Below, one piece after another: positions 51,882-64,000 of a stretch of 64,000 nt of DNA (its first letter is position 1; each line of letters begins with the position of its first letter). The position numbers and the translations under genes were made by a program. Under the pieces are notes generated by a model. It ran no database searches, had not been told where the DNA came from, and saw only the letters and a list, made by a program, of their open reading frames with translations. This DNA comes from Octopus sinensis. Lineage: Eukaryota. The DNA lies in contig NC_043002.1 in the NCBI RefSeq assembly GCF_006345805.1, positions 111,290,001 through 111,354,000 on the forward strand, read 5' to 3'.

Positions 51882-53330
51882 ATAACAATAATAGTTTCAA
51901 ATTTTGGCACAAGGCCAGCAATTTCAGAGGAGAGTGTATGTCAATAATATCAACCCCCAAGTGCTCAACTGGTACTTATTTTATCAACCCTGAAACAATG
52001 AACATCAAAGTTGACCTCAGCAGAATTTGAACTCAGAACATAAAGATGTACAAAATATCACTAAGCATTTTGCCTGGCATGCAAATAGTTCTGCCAACTC
52101 ACCACCTTAGTAGTAGTAGTAGCAGCAGCAGCTGCTGCTGTTGTTGTTTCTAATTTAGGCAAAAGGCCTGGAACTTCAACTGTGTGAGAGTAGTTGATTA
52201 AATCTGTCCTAGTTCTTGGCTGATTTGTTTTATCAACCCTGAAAGGGTGATTGCCTAAGTTGAATTTGGCAGGATTTGAACTCAGAATCTAAAGAGCTAG
52301 AAAAATGCCACAAAGCCTTTTTACCAATACTCAAATGATTCTGCCAACCCACTACTCTGAGCCATAATAATGATTTCAAATTTTGGCATAAGGCCAGCAA
52401 TTTCAGGGGAGGGGATAAGCTGATTACATCGACTCTCAGGGTCACTAGTACTTATTTTATTGACCTCAACACAGTTTGAATTCAGAAGGTAAAACAGACA
52501 AAATGCTTCTAAGTGTTTTGCCCAGCATGCTAACAGCTCTACCAGATCACCACTTTATCCTTGAGTCTTAATAATAATAATTTCTAACATTACTAGAAAT
52601 TTTGGGAAAGGAGGTTAGTCAAATAGATTGATTCCAGTACTTGACTGAATCCTGGAAGGATGAATATTAAAATGAGCTCAATATTTGAACTCAGAATGCA
52701 GAATTGGAATAATACCAACAAGATATTTGTCTGCTTCTTTAATGATTCTGTGAATCAACTCTAATATTAATTATAGTAATAGTAATTATAATTGTTTCTA
52801 ACACAAGAACAAGGCCTACAATTTTGGTGGAGGGCATTTGGTAATTAAATCAGACCCTGATTCTGACTGGCCCTGTACAGAGCTCAGGGGAACATAAAGC
52901 AAAGTTGGCCTCAGTAAGATATGAACTTAGAACATAAATAGCCAAAACAAATACCACAAGCATTTTATCCACTGCTCTAAAAAATCTGTCAATCTATCAT
53001 AATATATTGACCCCAACTCATAATTTTTCAGCAAATGTTTAATTATTACCTTCTGTTCAAAGAACAATAGTACTTGATATTGTTGTTTATTTAGTCCTGA
53101 ATCAGCTCTGATTAAACAGTTGAGTACTGGAGTACCAGTTGAGTACTGGGGTCAATGTAATTGACTATTCCAGTCTCCAAAAATTTCAGGCCCTGTGCCT
53201 ATCTGTCTTTACAGTTCAAGTTCCACTGAGGTCAGCTTTGTCTTCCATCTTTTTGAGGTCAATAAAATAAGTACAGTTGAACACTGGTTGATGTCATTGA
53301 CTTGCCTCCTCCCATAAAATTCCAGGCGAT
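51882..53330. mobile_element. Cluster of about 5 head-to-tail degenerate family E SINEs (-) plus + strand relics
   Basis: Recurring GAATTTGAACTCAGAA and TTTATCAACCC motifs separated by (AAT)n/(TAG)n. Confidence 0.7.
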
Positions 53331-53337
53331 CTGCTTA

Positions 53338-53838
53338 TCATCATTTAGCGTCCGCTTTCCATGCTAGCATGGGTTGGACGGTTCAACTGGGGTCTGGGAA
53401 GCCAGAAGGCTGCATCAGGCTAAGTCTGATCTGGCAGTGTTTCTACGGCTGGATGCCCTTCCTAACGCCAACCACTCCGTGAGTGTAGTGGGTGCTTTTT
53501 ACGTGCCACCCGCACAGGTGCCAGACGGAGCTGGCAAACGGCCACGGACGGATGGTGCTTTTTACGTGCCACCGGCACGGGGACCAGGCGAGGCTGGCAA
53601 ACGGCCACGGACGGATGGTGCTTTTTACGTGCCACCGGCATGGGGGCCAGGCGAGGCTGGCAAACGGCCACGGACGGATGGTGCTTTTTACGTGCCACCG
53701 GCATGGGGGCCAGGCGAGGCTGGTAACGGCCACGATCGGATGGTGCTTTTTACGTGCCACCAGCACAGGGGCCAGACGAGGCTGGCAACGGCCACGAACG
53801 GATGGTGCTACATGCCACCAGCACGGGGGCCAGGTGAG
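53338..53838 (-). mobile_element. Family B with a 6-module array (about 63-bp period)
   Basis: Cores at 53503, 53566, 53629, 53692, 53754 and about 53812. Confidence 0.9.
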
Positions 53839-54041
53839 GCTTATAGTAGAAAGAATTACCACATTCTAAGAAGTGACAGCTGTCAAACTACTTAATGTTT
53901 CTATATGAATGTATATCAGATATATCCTTTTCTATATTCTTAAGTTCCTTATGCCTTATACTGTTTTGTGTAAATTCTACTTACCTTGGTTTGCTTTAAA
54001 TATTATTCCCTTTGTAAGATGCACTATTGTACTTGGTTGTA

Positions 54042-54433
54042 CGTGGAGGCACAATGGCCCAGTGGTTAGGACAGCGGACTTGCGGTTGTAGGATCGCGGT
54101 TTCAATTCCCAGACCGGGCGTTGTGAGTGTTTATTGAGCGAAAACACCTAAAGCTCCACGAGGCTCCGGCAGGGGATGGTGGTGATCCCTGCTGTACTCT
54201 TTCACCACAACTTTCTCTCACTCTTACTTCCTGTTTCTGTTGTACCTGTATTTCAAAGGGGCCGGCCTTGTCACTCTCTGTGTCACGCTGAATATCCCCG
54301 AGAACTGCGTTAAGGGTACACGTGTGTCTGTGGAGTGCTCAGCCACTTACACGTTAATTTCACGAGCAGGCTGTTCCGTTGATTCGGATCAACCGGAACC
54401 CTCGTCGTCGTAACCGACGGAGTGCTTCCATCC
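54042..54433 (+). mobile_element. SINE D2
   Basis: 16-bp TSD ATTGTACTTGGTTGTA at 54026-54041 and 54434-54449. Confidence 0.92.
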
Positions 54434-54556
54434 ATTGTACTTGGTTGTAATCTTCTATTATTGCCTTAGTAAGCAGTTTGATTTATTCTGTTTTGAATGT
54501 TCAATAATAACAAAATCATAAAGGGGTCTATTTATATCTCTGTCTTCTTTTTTCAG

Positions 54557-54746
54557 AATCAGCCGTTCCTACGCTACCAACAACATGGACAGTAAAAATT
54601 TAGCAAGGTGTTGGTGGCCAACTTTAATTCGAATGGACTTTCAGTCTTACGGAGAATTGACTTACAATTCTCGGATTCCTCTTGAAATTTTACAAACTCT
54701 CATTGAACAGTGTGGCTTCTTTTTCCATGGAGAGAATGAAGTATGA
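54557..54746 (+). CDS. RhoGAPp190: Terminal coding exon (NNMDSKNLARCWWPTL...FFFHGENEV*)
   Basis: NxMxxxNLAxCWWPTL resembles the p190 NLSICFWPTL signature; phase 2 acceptor; TGA at 54744-54746. The 11 exons total 1506 nt = 501 aa + stop. Confidence 0.93.
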
Positions 54747-57700
54747 CTTGCTATGTCTGCTATCCAAATTTTACCTTTGTCTGTGTATCTATCACTTTCT
54801 CTCTCGCCTCTGTCCATGGCAGGTGCAATGTGGCAAGGGATAACCAGCAGTTAGTCTGACATACCATTTAATTTTACACTCATCATCTACATTATTATTA
54901 TTATTATTATCATTATTACTATTATTATTATTATTATTGCCATCATCATCATCACCACTACTACTACTGCTATGATTACTACTACACAGACACTTTTTGT
55001 CCCAGACATGTTCATCAGGCATCAGTTGCAACTTTTACATGTTGCATTTTACTAGAGCATTGAGTCTTACAGCAATCTTATTATTATTATTATTATTATT
55101 TGTTGTTGTTGTTGGGTATTTTAACTGCTCTGAGTAACTTTTGGATCTGAAATAGAAACACTCTTTTTTTTATTCCAACTGAGAACCAGAATGAAGAATG
55201 TAAGTTGCAGAACTACAGATGAAGAAGAAAAATGCCAATGTTCAACTAATGATCATCAGATAATAACAAAAGTAATTGATGCTCCCCTTCTAATGGCTTT
55301 ATTTTTCTTTTTTACTTTTCCACTCATTTTTTAATTCTGTCCCCTTTCAAAGTTATAATACAAGGGCGAAGGTTTGAGTAGTTAATCCATGGGCAAGAAA
55401 AAAAATTACAAGTAAAAAGCTAACAAAAAACGGTTTAAGTAATATTCTATTTAACAAAGGAACTTACAAACAAATCTAGACCTTTCCCCTTTTACATTCC
55501 CTTAAAAATCCATAGTGAATAGTTTGAATATTTACTTTCACTTAAATAAGCTTATGTATATTTTCTATAGAAAAGTTGAAATTTATTAGATGTAGTGTTA
55601 GGAAAAGTTGAAATTTGTTATAGAATTATTTGGGTTTTTTTTTTTTCAATTAACAAAAGAAAAAAAATCAGCAGAGAAAACCAAATTTTCTGGTAGCATT
55701 AAATAACATATTTCCAAAGAATGGTGGATTGTTCTACATTGAAAATGATGTCCCTTAGACTATTTGTGAATGATTCACATATCCTCTAAGTAAATTGATA
55801 TAGACTTAATAACTGTCATACAGTTATCATTGTGGATAAATACCACACTTTTATAGGATACTCTGACACAGTAATATAACCGAGTAGAATATATTAAAAA
55901 AAAATCAAATTTATCAGTCTCACTGAGAGATTATTTTAAACTGATTTTAATGAAAATTAAGTTGAATTTCCTGAGAGCAGTGAAATTAAGAGAAATGTTT
56001 TATTTAGTCAGCAATATTTTGTCAACTTTCCAGTTAGATATATATTACTTAAAAGTAATTCAGAAGAAAATAGTTATCAAGATCTTTATGATGTTATTTT
56101 CAGTCTTGGACATTCCAGACAGTATTTTATTAATTTAATTTATTTTAATTACTCACGGTATTATTGTATTAAGCTAACGAGAAACAGTGTTTCATCAGCA
56201 ACTGCTTGTAATTCTGCTGTAATTCTGCTCTGTTCAGTACAATAACTCTTTAGTGGTTAAAATTAAATGTAGATAGGAGAAAACATTGTTCTTATTTTTC
56301 ACAAACAACAACTTTTATTTTACTACACTCTGCTTATAGTATATTGTAAATAATAAAGTATAACTGGTTCATAGTGGCTACAGCTTTACTCTTCAATAGT
56401 TAGTAAAAGTGTCTAGTTTATTTATTACTTATTGCTTCTGTTGGATATCCAATGAGAAACATTGATTTACTATATGTTTCTCCATTGAATATTGTGTTGT
56501 ATTTTTCTTCGGTGGTAGAGGCCTTTATTTGTAAAAATATAAACAATTTTCCTATATTGATATAAAATTATCAAATTCCCCAAGTCATCGCATATTCTTT
56601 GCTAAAAAGAAAATAAAATGTTGACTCAATTCTGTTCAGGTGTTTTTGCTAGAATTCTAATAATTTTTCATAAGTGATATCTGTAAGTTATATTCCACTA
56701 CTAGCTTTTTCAGTTCTGCATTGATGCAATATCTGTTGGAGTTGTACATTGTTTATTGTGACTTTTTTTTTGTTTTTGTGAAAGTGTTTTCTCTAATCAC
56801 TGATTCAAATCGGTCACTATCTCAGTTATTCTACACACACACAGCTGCACAGCTGTTCAGAAATGTGGTTTTGATATCACTGACACAGTGATAAATGTGC
56901 TGGAGCTAAAAGTCGTGGAACCCTTCTAGACCTAAAAGTCATGAAGTCAAACCCTTCCATAATTAATCTGGTATATTGATAAGCAATTTACATCACTCTG
57001 TTGTAAATTAGTTACATGAAATTTATTGTTTGGTTATGTATCTTATAACCTATTACTGAATTAGTTGACAAACCTTTAAGCAAGTTTTATTGCCTTAATG
57101 CATACAAAATATATTTTCCCCTTTTAGGTAATATTGTCCCTGTTCCTTATAGAAGGCCAAACATTGAGGCATTTATAAGTGCAAGCAACTTTGATATGAA
57201 ATTGCAGTTTTTCTGATAATTTCATTGTTATAATTTCCAATTCGTTCAAATTCATGAGCTAGATCAGCAGAATGCATCTTGCAGTGCGCTTAAACTATGG
57301 CTTAAATCTGTATGTAAAAATATTATTGTTAATATTAGTATCATATTCATGACTATGTAGATGAGTTTTAAGAGGGCAGGGGGCAGTATGTTTTGAAGGA
57401 CGATGTGCAACGGATCTCATGGAAACTAATGAGATTTTCCTGGATTTGTATGCAACCGATAAAGACCAACAATTGTGCACGAAAGGCACACAGCTTTATT
57501 GTAAGAGAAGGGTTATTTAGTAATGAAGCCTCATTCTCCATCATAGAGAGGGGAAACCTGTGTAGATTGCTGATTTATTTCCCAATTATATAAATCTGCT
57601 GTTGGTTGTTTTATGTCTGGTTTTGTTGAGCTTTCTACTTCCACACTTTCCCCCTCTGTGCATTGATGTTGAATTTTGATATTTCTTTAGGAGTGAACAT

Positions 57701-58079
57701 ACCCTTGCCAAATGTATGTCGTTATTCCCATCTCTTTCCTTTCTCCCATCTTCCTCTTTTGTTTTTTTACGTCTCCCTTTCTTTGTCATTTTTTTTCTTC
57801 TTTTACTTTCCTCAAGCAAATAAAAACATGAAGCTATTATTGTTTGGATAGGGCTTTGTTTGTTTCTTTGATTTTCTTTTTCTTTTTTTTTTCTTTTTTT
57901 TTCCTTTTCCTTTTTTTTTATTCCATCACCTCTCCCAATGGGATTTGATCTCTCATCAGTTTTGCCATATTGACTATTTCAATCCTGTTAGTTACTTCTG
58001 TTTTTACGTTGCTACCCAAAGCAATTTCATTTGTTGTATGTAATGTGATGAGTTGACCCCTATAAATATATATATATAT

Positions 58080-58115
<36 letters not shown>

Positions 58116-58890
58116 ACAAAAAAAATGTAAGCAGCCACAATTGTTATACATCTATATCTATATTTTTTAATGCAGTGGTTACTAGTATTAGCTCATAGTA
58201 TTGAGTTGATATTGTTGTGCTTCTCCGCTTGTGTATATCATTGTCAATGCGGCCCTCTCACCTGAGATGACAAAGTTATCTGTTTTTCTTTATTATTTTT
58301 TTTTTTTTCAAATGAAATATTGTTTTTAAATCTGTAAAAAAAATTGATTTGAGCCAAACTATTGATTCCTCATTAAAAGGATTCCTGGTGTATTCATATT
58401 TTTTATCAATGATTGCGTGTGTGTGTGTGTGTGTAGTCTGAAAGAGATAAGAGAATTTCAGGCATTTTTTTCCTGCCCACTTTCTATGACTGACATCAAA
58501 CCAGTGTCTTTAGTTTAACTTTGACTGGTAATTCACTGTTTGCTGAGTCAGTGAAAAAAAACGAAACTTTATCATTCATTACACATTTTTAACATTTCTT
58601 CAGTTAGAAACAATACTAATAACAAAGTTCCCATTTGAATTTCTCCTCATATGTCTAAACAGAGTCTTAGAAAAACAAACATTGAAGCCATATGCACTGG
58701 TAGACTTCTCATTCTTGGTTGATATTCACCATTCATTTTGTTTAATTTTTAAGAACACATTGTTAAATACATCCCTCAGAATCCATTTGCAAGTTATGTT
58801 CATTCTAATTCTTACACATATAAACACAGAATTTATTTGCATCTGCTTGATGGAAAATTTAGAGTTTGTATATATATATATATATATATA

Positions 58891-58988
58891 TTGGCTGCTC
58901 TCTTAGCCGGGGTGGCGCATTCGAAGGCTAAAACAATGCGAACGCATTGTGACCGCGGTGTGTAACAACATCTGATGGTCTGGTCGGT

Positions 58989-58996
<8 letters not shown>
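58891..58996 (+). mobile_element. SINE D1, 3' fragment
   Basis: Matches the D1 tail. Confidence 0.75.
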
Positions 58997-59041
<45 letters not shown>

Positions 59042-59668
59042 ATAGAGATATAGATATATAGAGATATAGATATATAGAGATATATATATATATAGATTAT
59101 ATATATATAGATATATATATATATATAGATATATATATAGATATATATATATAGATATAGCGATATATATAGATATAGATATATATATAGATATATATGA
59201 TATATAGATAGATATATATATAGATATATATATATTATATATATATATATATAGATATATATATATATAGATATATATATATATAGATATATATATATAG
59301 ATATATATATATAGATATATATATATATATAGAGATATATATATATATAGATATATATATATATAGATATATATATATAATATATATAGATATATATTAT
59401 ATATATAGATATATATATATAGATAATATATATATAGATATATATATATAGATATATATATATATAGATATATATTATATATAGATATATATATATATAG
59501 ATGATATATATATAGATATATATATATATAGATATATATATATATAGATATATATATATATATAGATATATATATAATATAGATATATATATATATAGAT
59601 ATATATATATATATGATATATATATATATAGATTATATATATATAGATATATATATAGATATATATAC

Positions 59669-59700
<32 letters not shown>
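58997..59700. repeat. About 700-bp interrupted (TA)n/(ATATATATAG)n tract
   Basis: Direct reading. Confidence 0.95.
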
Positions 59701-59701
<1 letters not shown>

Positions 59702-61570
59702 GGAAATTATATCCACTTGTGGTTGTAAATAGTGTAAATTAAAATGATGCAACCAAATTATTAATCAAGTTATTTTTCGATATAAATTATGATTGTATAC
59801 AAAATAAACATTCAATGTATGTGTGTATTTAGGCATTTATATATTATAGATATACATACACACAGAGATTCACACACCACATACATTGCTGTATACTTGA
59901 GGTCATGAGGTATTCCAGTAGATATTCTGAAGCAATTTCTTTTTCTTCTGACCAAGAATTCTCACTGACAGCCAGCTTTAAAGTTAAGAAATCATGGATT
60001 CTACCACATTACCATGTAATTTGTATTTCTGAAAAGTAATTACTGAGAAATGAAACTTCACAAGACTATTTATTTCTAATTGCAAAAAAAAAAAAATTTT
60101 TTTTTTGTTACTTTTCAAAAAGACAAAATACTTTCAAAATACATTACACACACACCACACACAAAATGTGTGTGTGTGTATGCTGCTGGTAGTCTTATGG
60201 TCTACGGAATTAATCCCCTTGTTCGTAATTCTCTAACTGGTGATATCTGAACTGTTTCTCATATGTATAAATTGTATTATCAACAAAAAATAGTTACATC
60301 TCCACCAACCATTTTTGTTTTTTAATATGAAACTGCTTTAAAATTTTTCTTTGAAAAGGTTTATTTTTTTCATCTATTGAAGGAAATACATATAACATCA
60401 TTACACATTTGATGTACATTTTTTTCTCCTAGCTTTAATGAAATCATCTTCACTACAGAAACTAACTTCATTGCCGTGGTCTTGAAACCAAGGAGTTCTT
60501 CTGACTGTACTTAAACTGTATTTCAGAGTTTGCTTTGTACAGTGATATGTCAACTATTGACAATTTCCATTTTTATTTAAGATGTTACTTAAGAATCTAT
60601 AATCATGAAACATGCTCATTGTTGCAGCTGACTCTCTCATGACAAATTCTAACCATCTTTAAAATGGAGCTTTTCATATTTTAAGCCCAAACATTAGGTT
60701 AGCTTAACAAAGTAAAGTATTTAATGGATTATGTCCTTGGAGGTCTGCCAAGGCAGAATTGACTCTGGCTGCTCAGCAAAATCTTTATTTTATTCTCAAC
60801 ATGTTATATTTTTGACTGTTGTCTGTTTTCTGCAGTGCTTCAAGCTTCAAACATAGATGTTTAGAAAAGTTTTACCTATCATAAAATAAGTAGTTATATA
60901 TTAAGATAAGTTAACTGAAGTTTTCGCTAAAAAGTTGATTAGGGTGTGTAAAATAAAGCATTTAGCAAAAATATTTCAATATTCCAAATTAAAAAGAAGA
61001 AGAATGGATTAGTATTACTTGCTTTTAATGTTATATTGTAAAAGATGTTACTAGAAAATTTGTAGCCAGTTCAGCGGGAAAATTTATGTCTTGGCTTTAT
61101 GCTGTAGATTTTGTGATTACACTTATAAATAAATTCAATCTAGCCTGTAATTATTAAAGTGCCTATTTGTAGATCCAATATCTTAGCATTTCTTTTCACC
61201 ATAACATAAAGTTGATTTCTCTTAAACAAACCATTGTAGTCTGGTGTCTAAACTAATCCTATATAATAGTTGTGTGTGTGTATTACTTAATACTAAAATC
61301 TGCTTAAAAGTTAATATCTCAAGGTCAAATATGTTTATAAATCTGTCATTGTTTCTCCTCCCTCCTGGATTTTGTTGACTATAGTTATAAGATTATATTA
61401 TATGTAGTAAAGATTATTTGCCAACATAACATGGCAATCCTGGTTTAGGATGAGTGTTGCTGTAATTTAGCCCCAAGAGACATCATCTCCAGCTGGCTCT
61501 ACCACACGATCTGTGTCCTTATATTTTTGAACAAGGGAATCTAGCACCCCCACTCAGCTCAAAACAATAC

Positions 61571-61613
61571 CTGTGTATTGTGATTTCCAGGTTATTTCCT
61601 TTCATCAAAACAG
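61571..61613 (-). ncRNA. Mutated hammerhead copy (core TTGATGA)
   Basis: Paralogue 353 bp away with a C3-to-T change. Confidence 0.5.
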
Positions 61614-61923
61614 AATAATTGTTTGGCTAGAGGTAGCGCTGCCAAGTTCCCGTTTGAAACATGTAGTTTTCAAAGTGACAACTAGTCACTGATCTATAAA
61701 TTAGAAAATTACTATTTGTAAATTTCTCAACTAGAGATATTCAGCAACAGTACTTTGGAGTAAAGATTATTTGCCAACATAACATGGCAGTCCTGGTTTA
61801 GGACGAGTGTTGCTATAATTTAGCCCCAGGAGACATCGTCTCCATTTGACTCTACCACACGATCTGTGTCCTTATATTTTCAAACAAGGGAATCTAGCAC
61901 CCCAACTCAGCTCAAAATAATAT

Positions 61924-61966
61924 CCGTGTATTGCGATTTCTGGGTTATTTCCCTTCATCAGCACAG
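61924..61966 (-). ncRNA. Minimal type I hammerhead ribozyme
   Basis: Minus strand: CTGTG CTGATGA AGGG aaataa CCCA GAAAT CGCA ATA CACGG. Confidence 0.7.
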
Positions 61967-63387
61967 AATAATTGTTCAGCTAGAGGTGGTGCTACTAAAT
62001 TCCCATACAAAATATATAGTTTTCAAATATATATTTCGAACAGGAATTTGGCAGTACCACCCCTAGCAAATAATCTTTACTACAAAGTACTGTTGCTGAA
62101 TATCTCTCATTGTGAGATTTACAAATAGTAATTTTCTAAGATTATATTAGTTTTATCAATTGACATATATCTGCTATTGGTTGCAGGAATGTTAAATCAA
62201 ATGACACTCTGAATTTGTTAGCTTCCAAGTATGGAAGATACTGTCTCAAGTCCTGTTGTATTACTCTAACTTTAAGAATAGCTTTATCTCATTTAAGAAT
62301 TTTCAAAATAATACTTCTGTTGTCCAAAAAAAAAAAAAATGTTTCGATGTTTCTCAGATTAAAACTATATTATGGGAAATATATAACTGTTTAGCTTCAA
62401 TTTATTCTAGTCAGTGCCTTCATAATGCTGTTACTAAAGCTGAGTTTTATTTATATTCTGTAAAAAAAAAAACTATTGGTTTATATTTTTTTTATGTAAA
62501 ATTTGATATGGTAAATCTCCTTATTTTGATGCCTTTAAAACTAAATCTTTCAGAATTACTAGAATGAATAACTGCATAATTAGGTGTGTTCCAATGTCTT
62601 TTTATAACCCAGGTGTTATTTCTCTACATGAAAGTGTTAATCAGTTCCTGGAGAGGAGCAATGAAATTACCTTAAATCTTTTCAGATTAATACTTAATGA
62701 TATAGGTTGTAGTGTTTCAAAATTAGTTTACTAAAGTTTATCAAATGTGAAGGAATCAGTAACTCTATAACTGTAACTATGCATTGCATTCATCTAAAAA
62801 AGTTCAGATAATTGAATAAGTAATTAGGTTATCTGGTAGATATTCTGATGGCATCAGGAAAGATGTAGATGCATGCTATATTTAGTTACTAAGCAATAGA
62901 ATTTGTACCAATGAAAGACATGCAATATTCTGAAAAGATATGTATCTTACATTCACTGACATATATATATAAATAAATGAAAGAATGGAGTCGAACGAAG
63001 ATTTCATATAAAGATTTCATTCATATAAAAAACACACAAATTTCCACACAAGAACCCGGAGTTTCTACCCTTGACAGGTCGCTTCAACCGTGTTTTCTGA
63101 CGTGAATTTGCTACCCAGGTATCGATTAAACGAATTTTCCATGCTAGGATAATTCATTCACCTACTTAAATATATATATAAATATATATATATATATTTT
63201 CTGAAAGTTTGAGTAATACAAAAAGCTGTTTGTTTATGATTTGGTTACTAGCTGGTTATTTCTAACTCTTCATCCACACAGCAAAATTGTATCTGGTTGA
63301 TTTTTTTTTTTTTTTTCTTTTATGTCTACCCTTGATGTGCATCTGTGAGTATTTGCTTAGAGAACATACTGACTAAATTATTTTTAC

Positions 63388-63505
63388 CTTTATACTCTTT
63401 GTGAACATTGCCTGGACCAAGCTGAGACTTGCTGGAAATTGGTTCTGGAATCAGTGCCAAATGATTTTTGACAAACTCATTCTGATGTTTTTTTTCTTGA
63501 CCACT
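63388..63505 (-). CDS. Candidate exon of a convergent neighbouring gene (SGQEKKHQNEF...VHKEYK)
   Basis: Long pyrimidine tract + AG and AAG|GTAAAA donor on the minus strand; 118 nt open within ORF 63326..63559. No family recognised. Confidence 0.35.
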
Positions 63506-64000
63506 CTCAAAAAAAAAAAGAAGAAAAAAGTAAATAAAATTAAAACACCAAACAAACACTGAACATTTTTCAGAACTCTTGAAGAATTTTGGTACATTAT
63601 ATGTTTGAAGTTGTATACATTTATCATTTTATGGTAAAGTATATAAAATTTCTTAGATGTGTACCATTCTCAGATGTGCTATTTGTTACAATAGTTATTT
63701 AAAGTATAATTCAAAGTGATTTTGGACACAGTAGTAAATCAGAAAAGATCTTGGCAGACATCCACTTAACAACAAACACATACTCAGACCATGTGAACCA
63801 GTAGATTTTGGGACTTTTTTATGGGAATGTTTTGCTCAAGACTTTATAATTCATCTTGAAAAAAAAACTTTAATTTCAAAAGAGTAGTATTATTCTTGTC
63901 TCCTATTTTACATTATTTTAATGTAGAATAGTAAAGAATAAAAATAAAACCATCAAATCATGTTTTATAATACAAAATCAGAATACGAAATCCAAATTCT

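Larger units (their letters stand above)
61406..62138 (-). mobile_element. Penelope pLTR/retrozyme-like locus: direct repeat (period 353) plus inverted partial copy
   Basis: 61406-61675 resembles 61759-62028; 62066-62138 is the inverse of 61702-61773. Confidence 0.7.

Noticed and set aside
56352-56357. AATAAA as the RhoGAP poly(A) signal
   Set aside because: Many equivalent hexamers occur in this AT-rich region; one cannot be chosen without 3'-end data.
58903-59688. 261-aa Tyr/Ile-rich ORF and similar YI, CV and F/L/S ORFs
   Set aside because: Translations of microsatellites and low-complexity DNA.
60433-60514. T-box-like FTTETNFIAV peptide on the + strand
   Set aside because: Too short, followed by a stop, and no other T-box exons are present.

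Overview
AT-rich, microsatellite-rich, intron-dominated eukaryotic DNA. The repeat families are of the kind I associate with coleoid cephalopods (Octopus-like); this is inference. The + strand carries the 3' half of a p190-type RhoGAP gene (ARHGAP5/35 family): 11 phase-compatible exons from 1019 to the stop at 54746 join into 501 aa, with tyrosine motifs, a polybasic region and a complete RhoGAP domain. The introns hold tRNA-derived SINEs, RTE and CR1-like LINE relics, mariner/maT, piggyBac-type MITEs and a Helitron. Most interesting: (i) a 325-bp-arm palindrome with a type I hammerhead ribozyme on each strand; (ii) a 353-bp tandem hammerhead unit (retrozyme/Penelope-like) and a related 363-bp unit with a variant core; (iii) modular GTGCC-GGT-GGCAC arrays physically linked to an RTE LINE 3' end; (iv) a SINE whose termini pair into an acceptor-stem-like panhandle; (v) a SINE/LINE tail pair with compensatory stem changes. 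No prokaryotic genes, CRISPR, rRNA or true tRNA genes were found. Almost all ORF-track entries are repeat or low-complexity artefacts.
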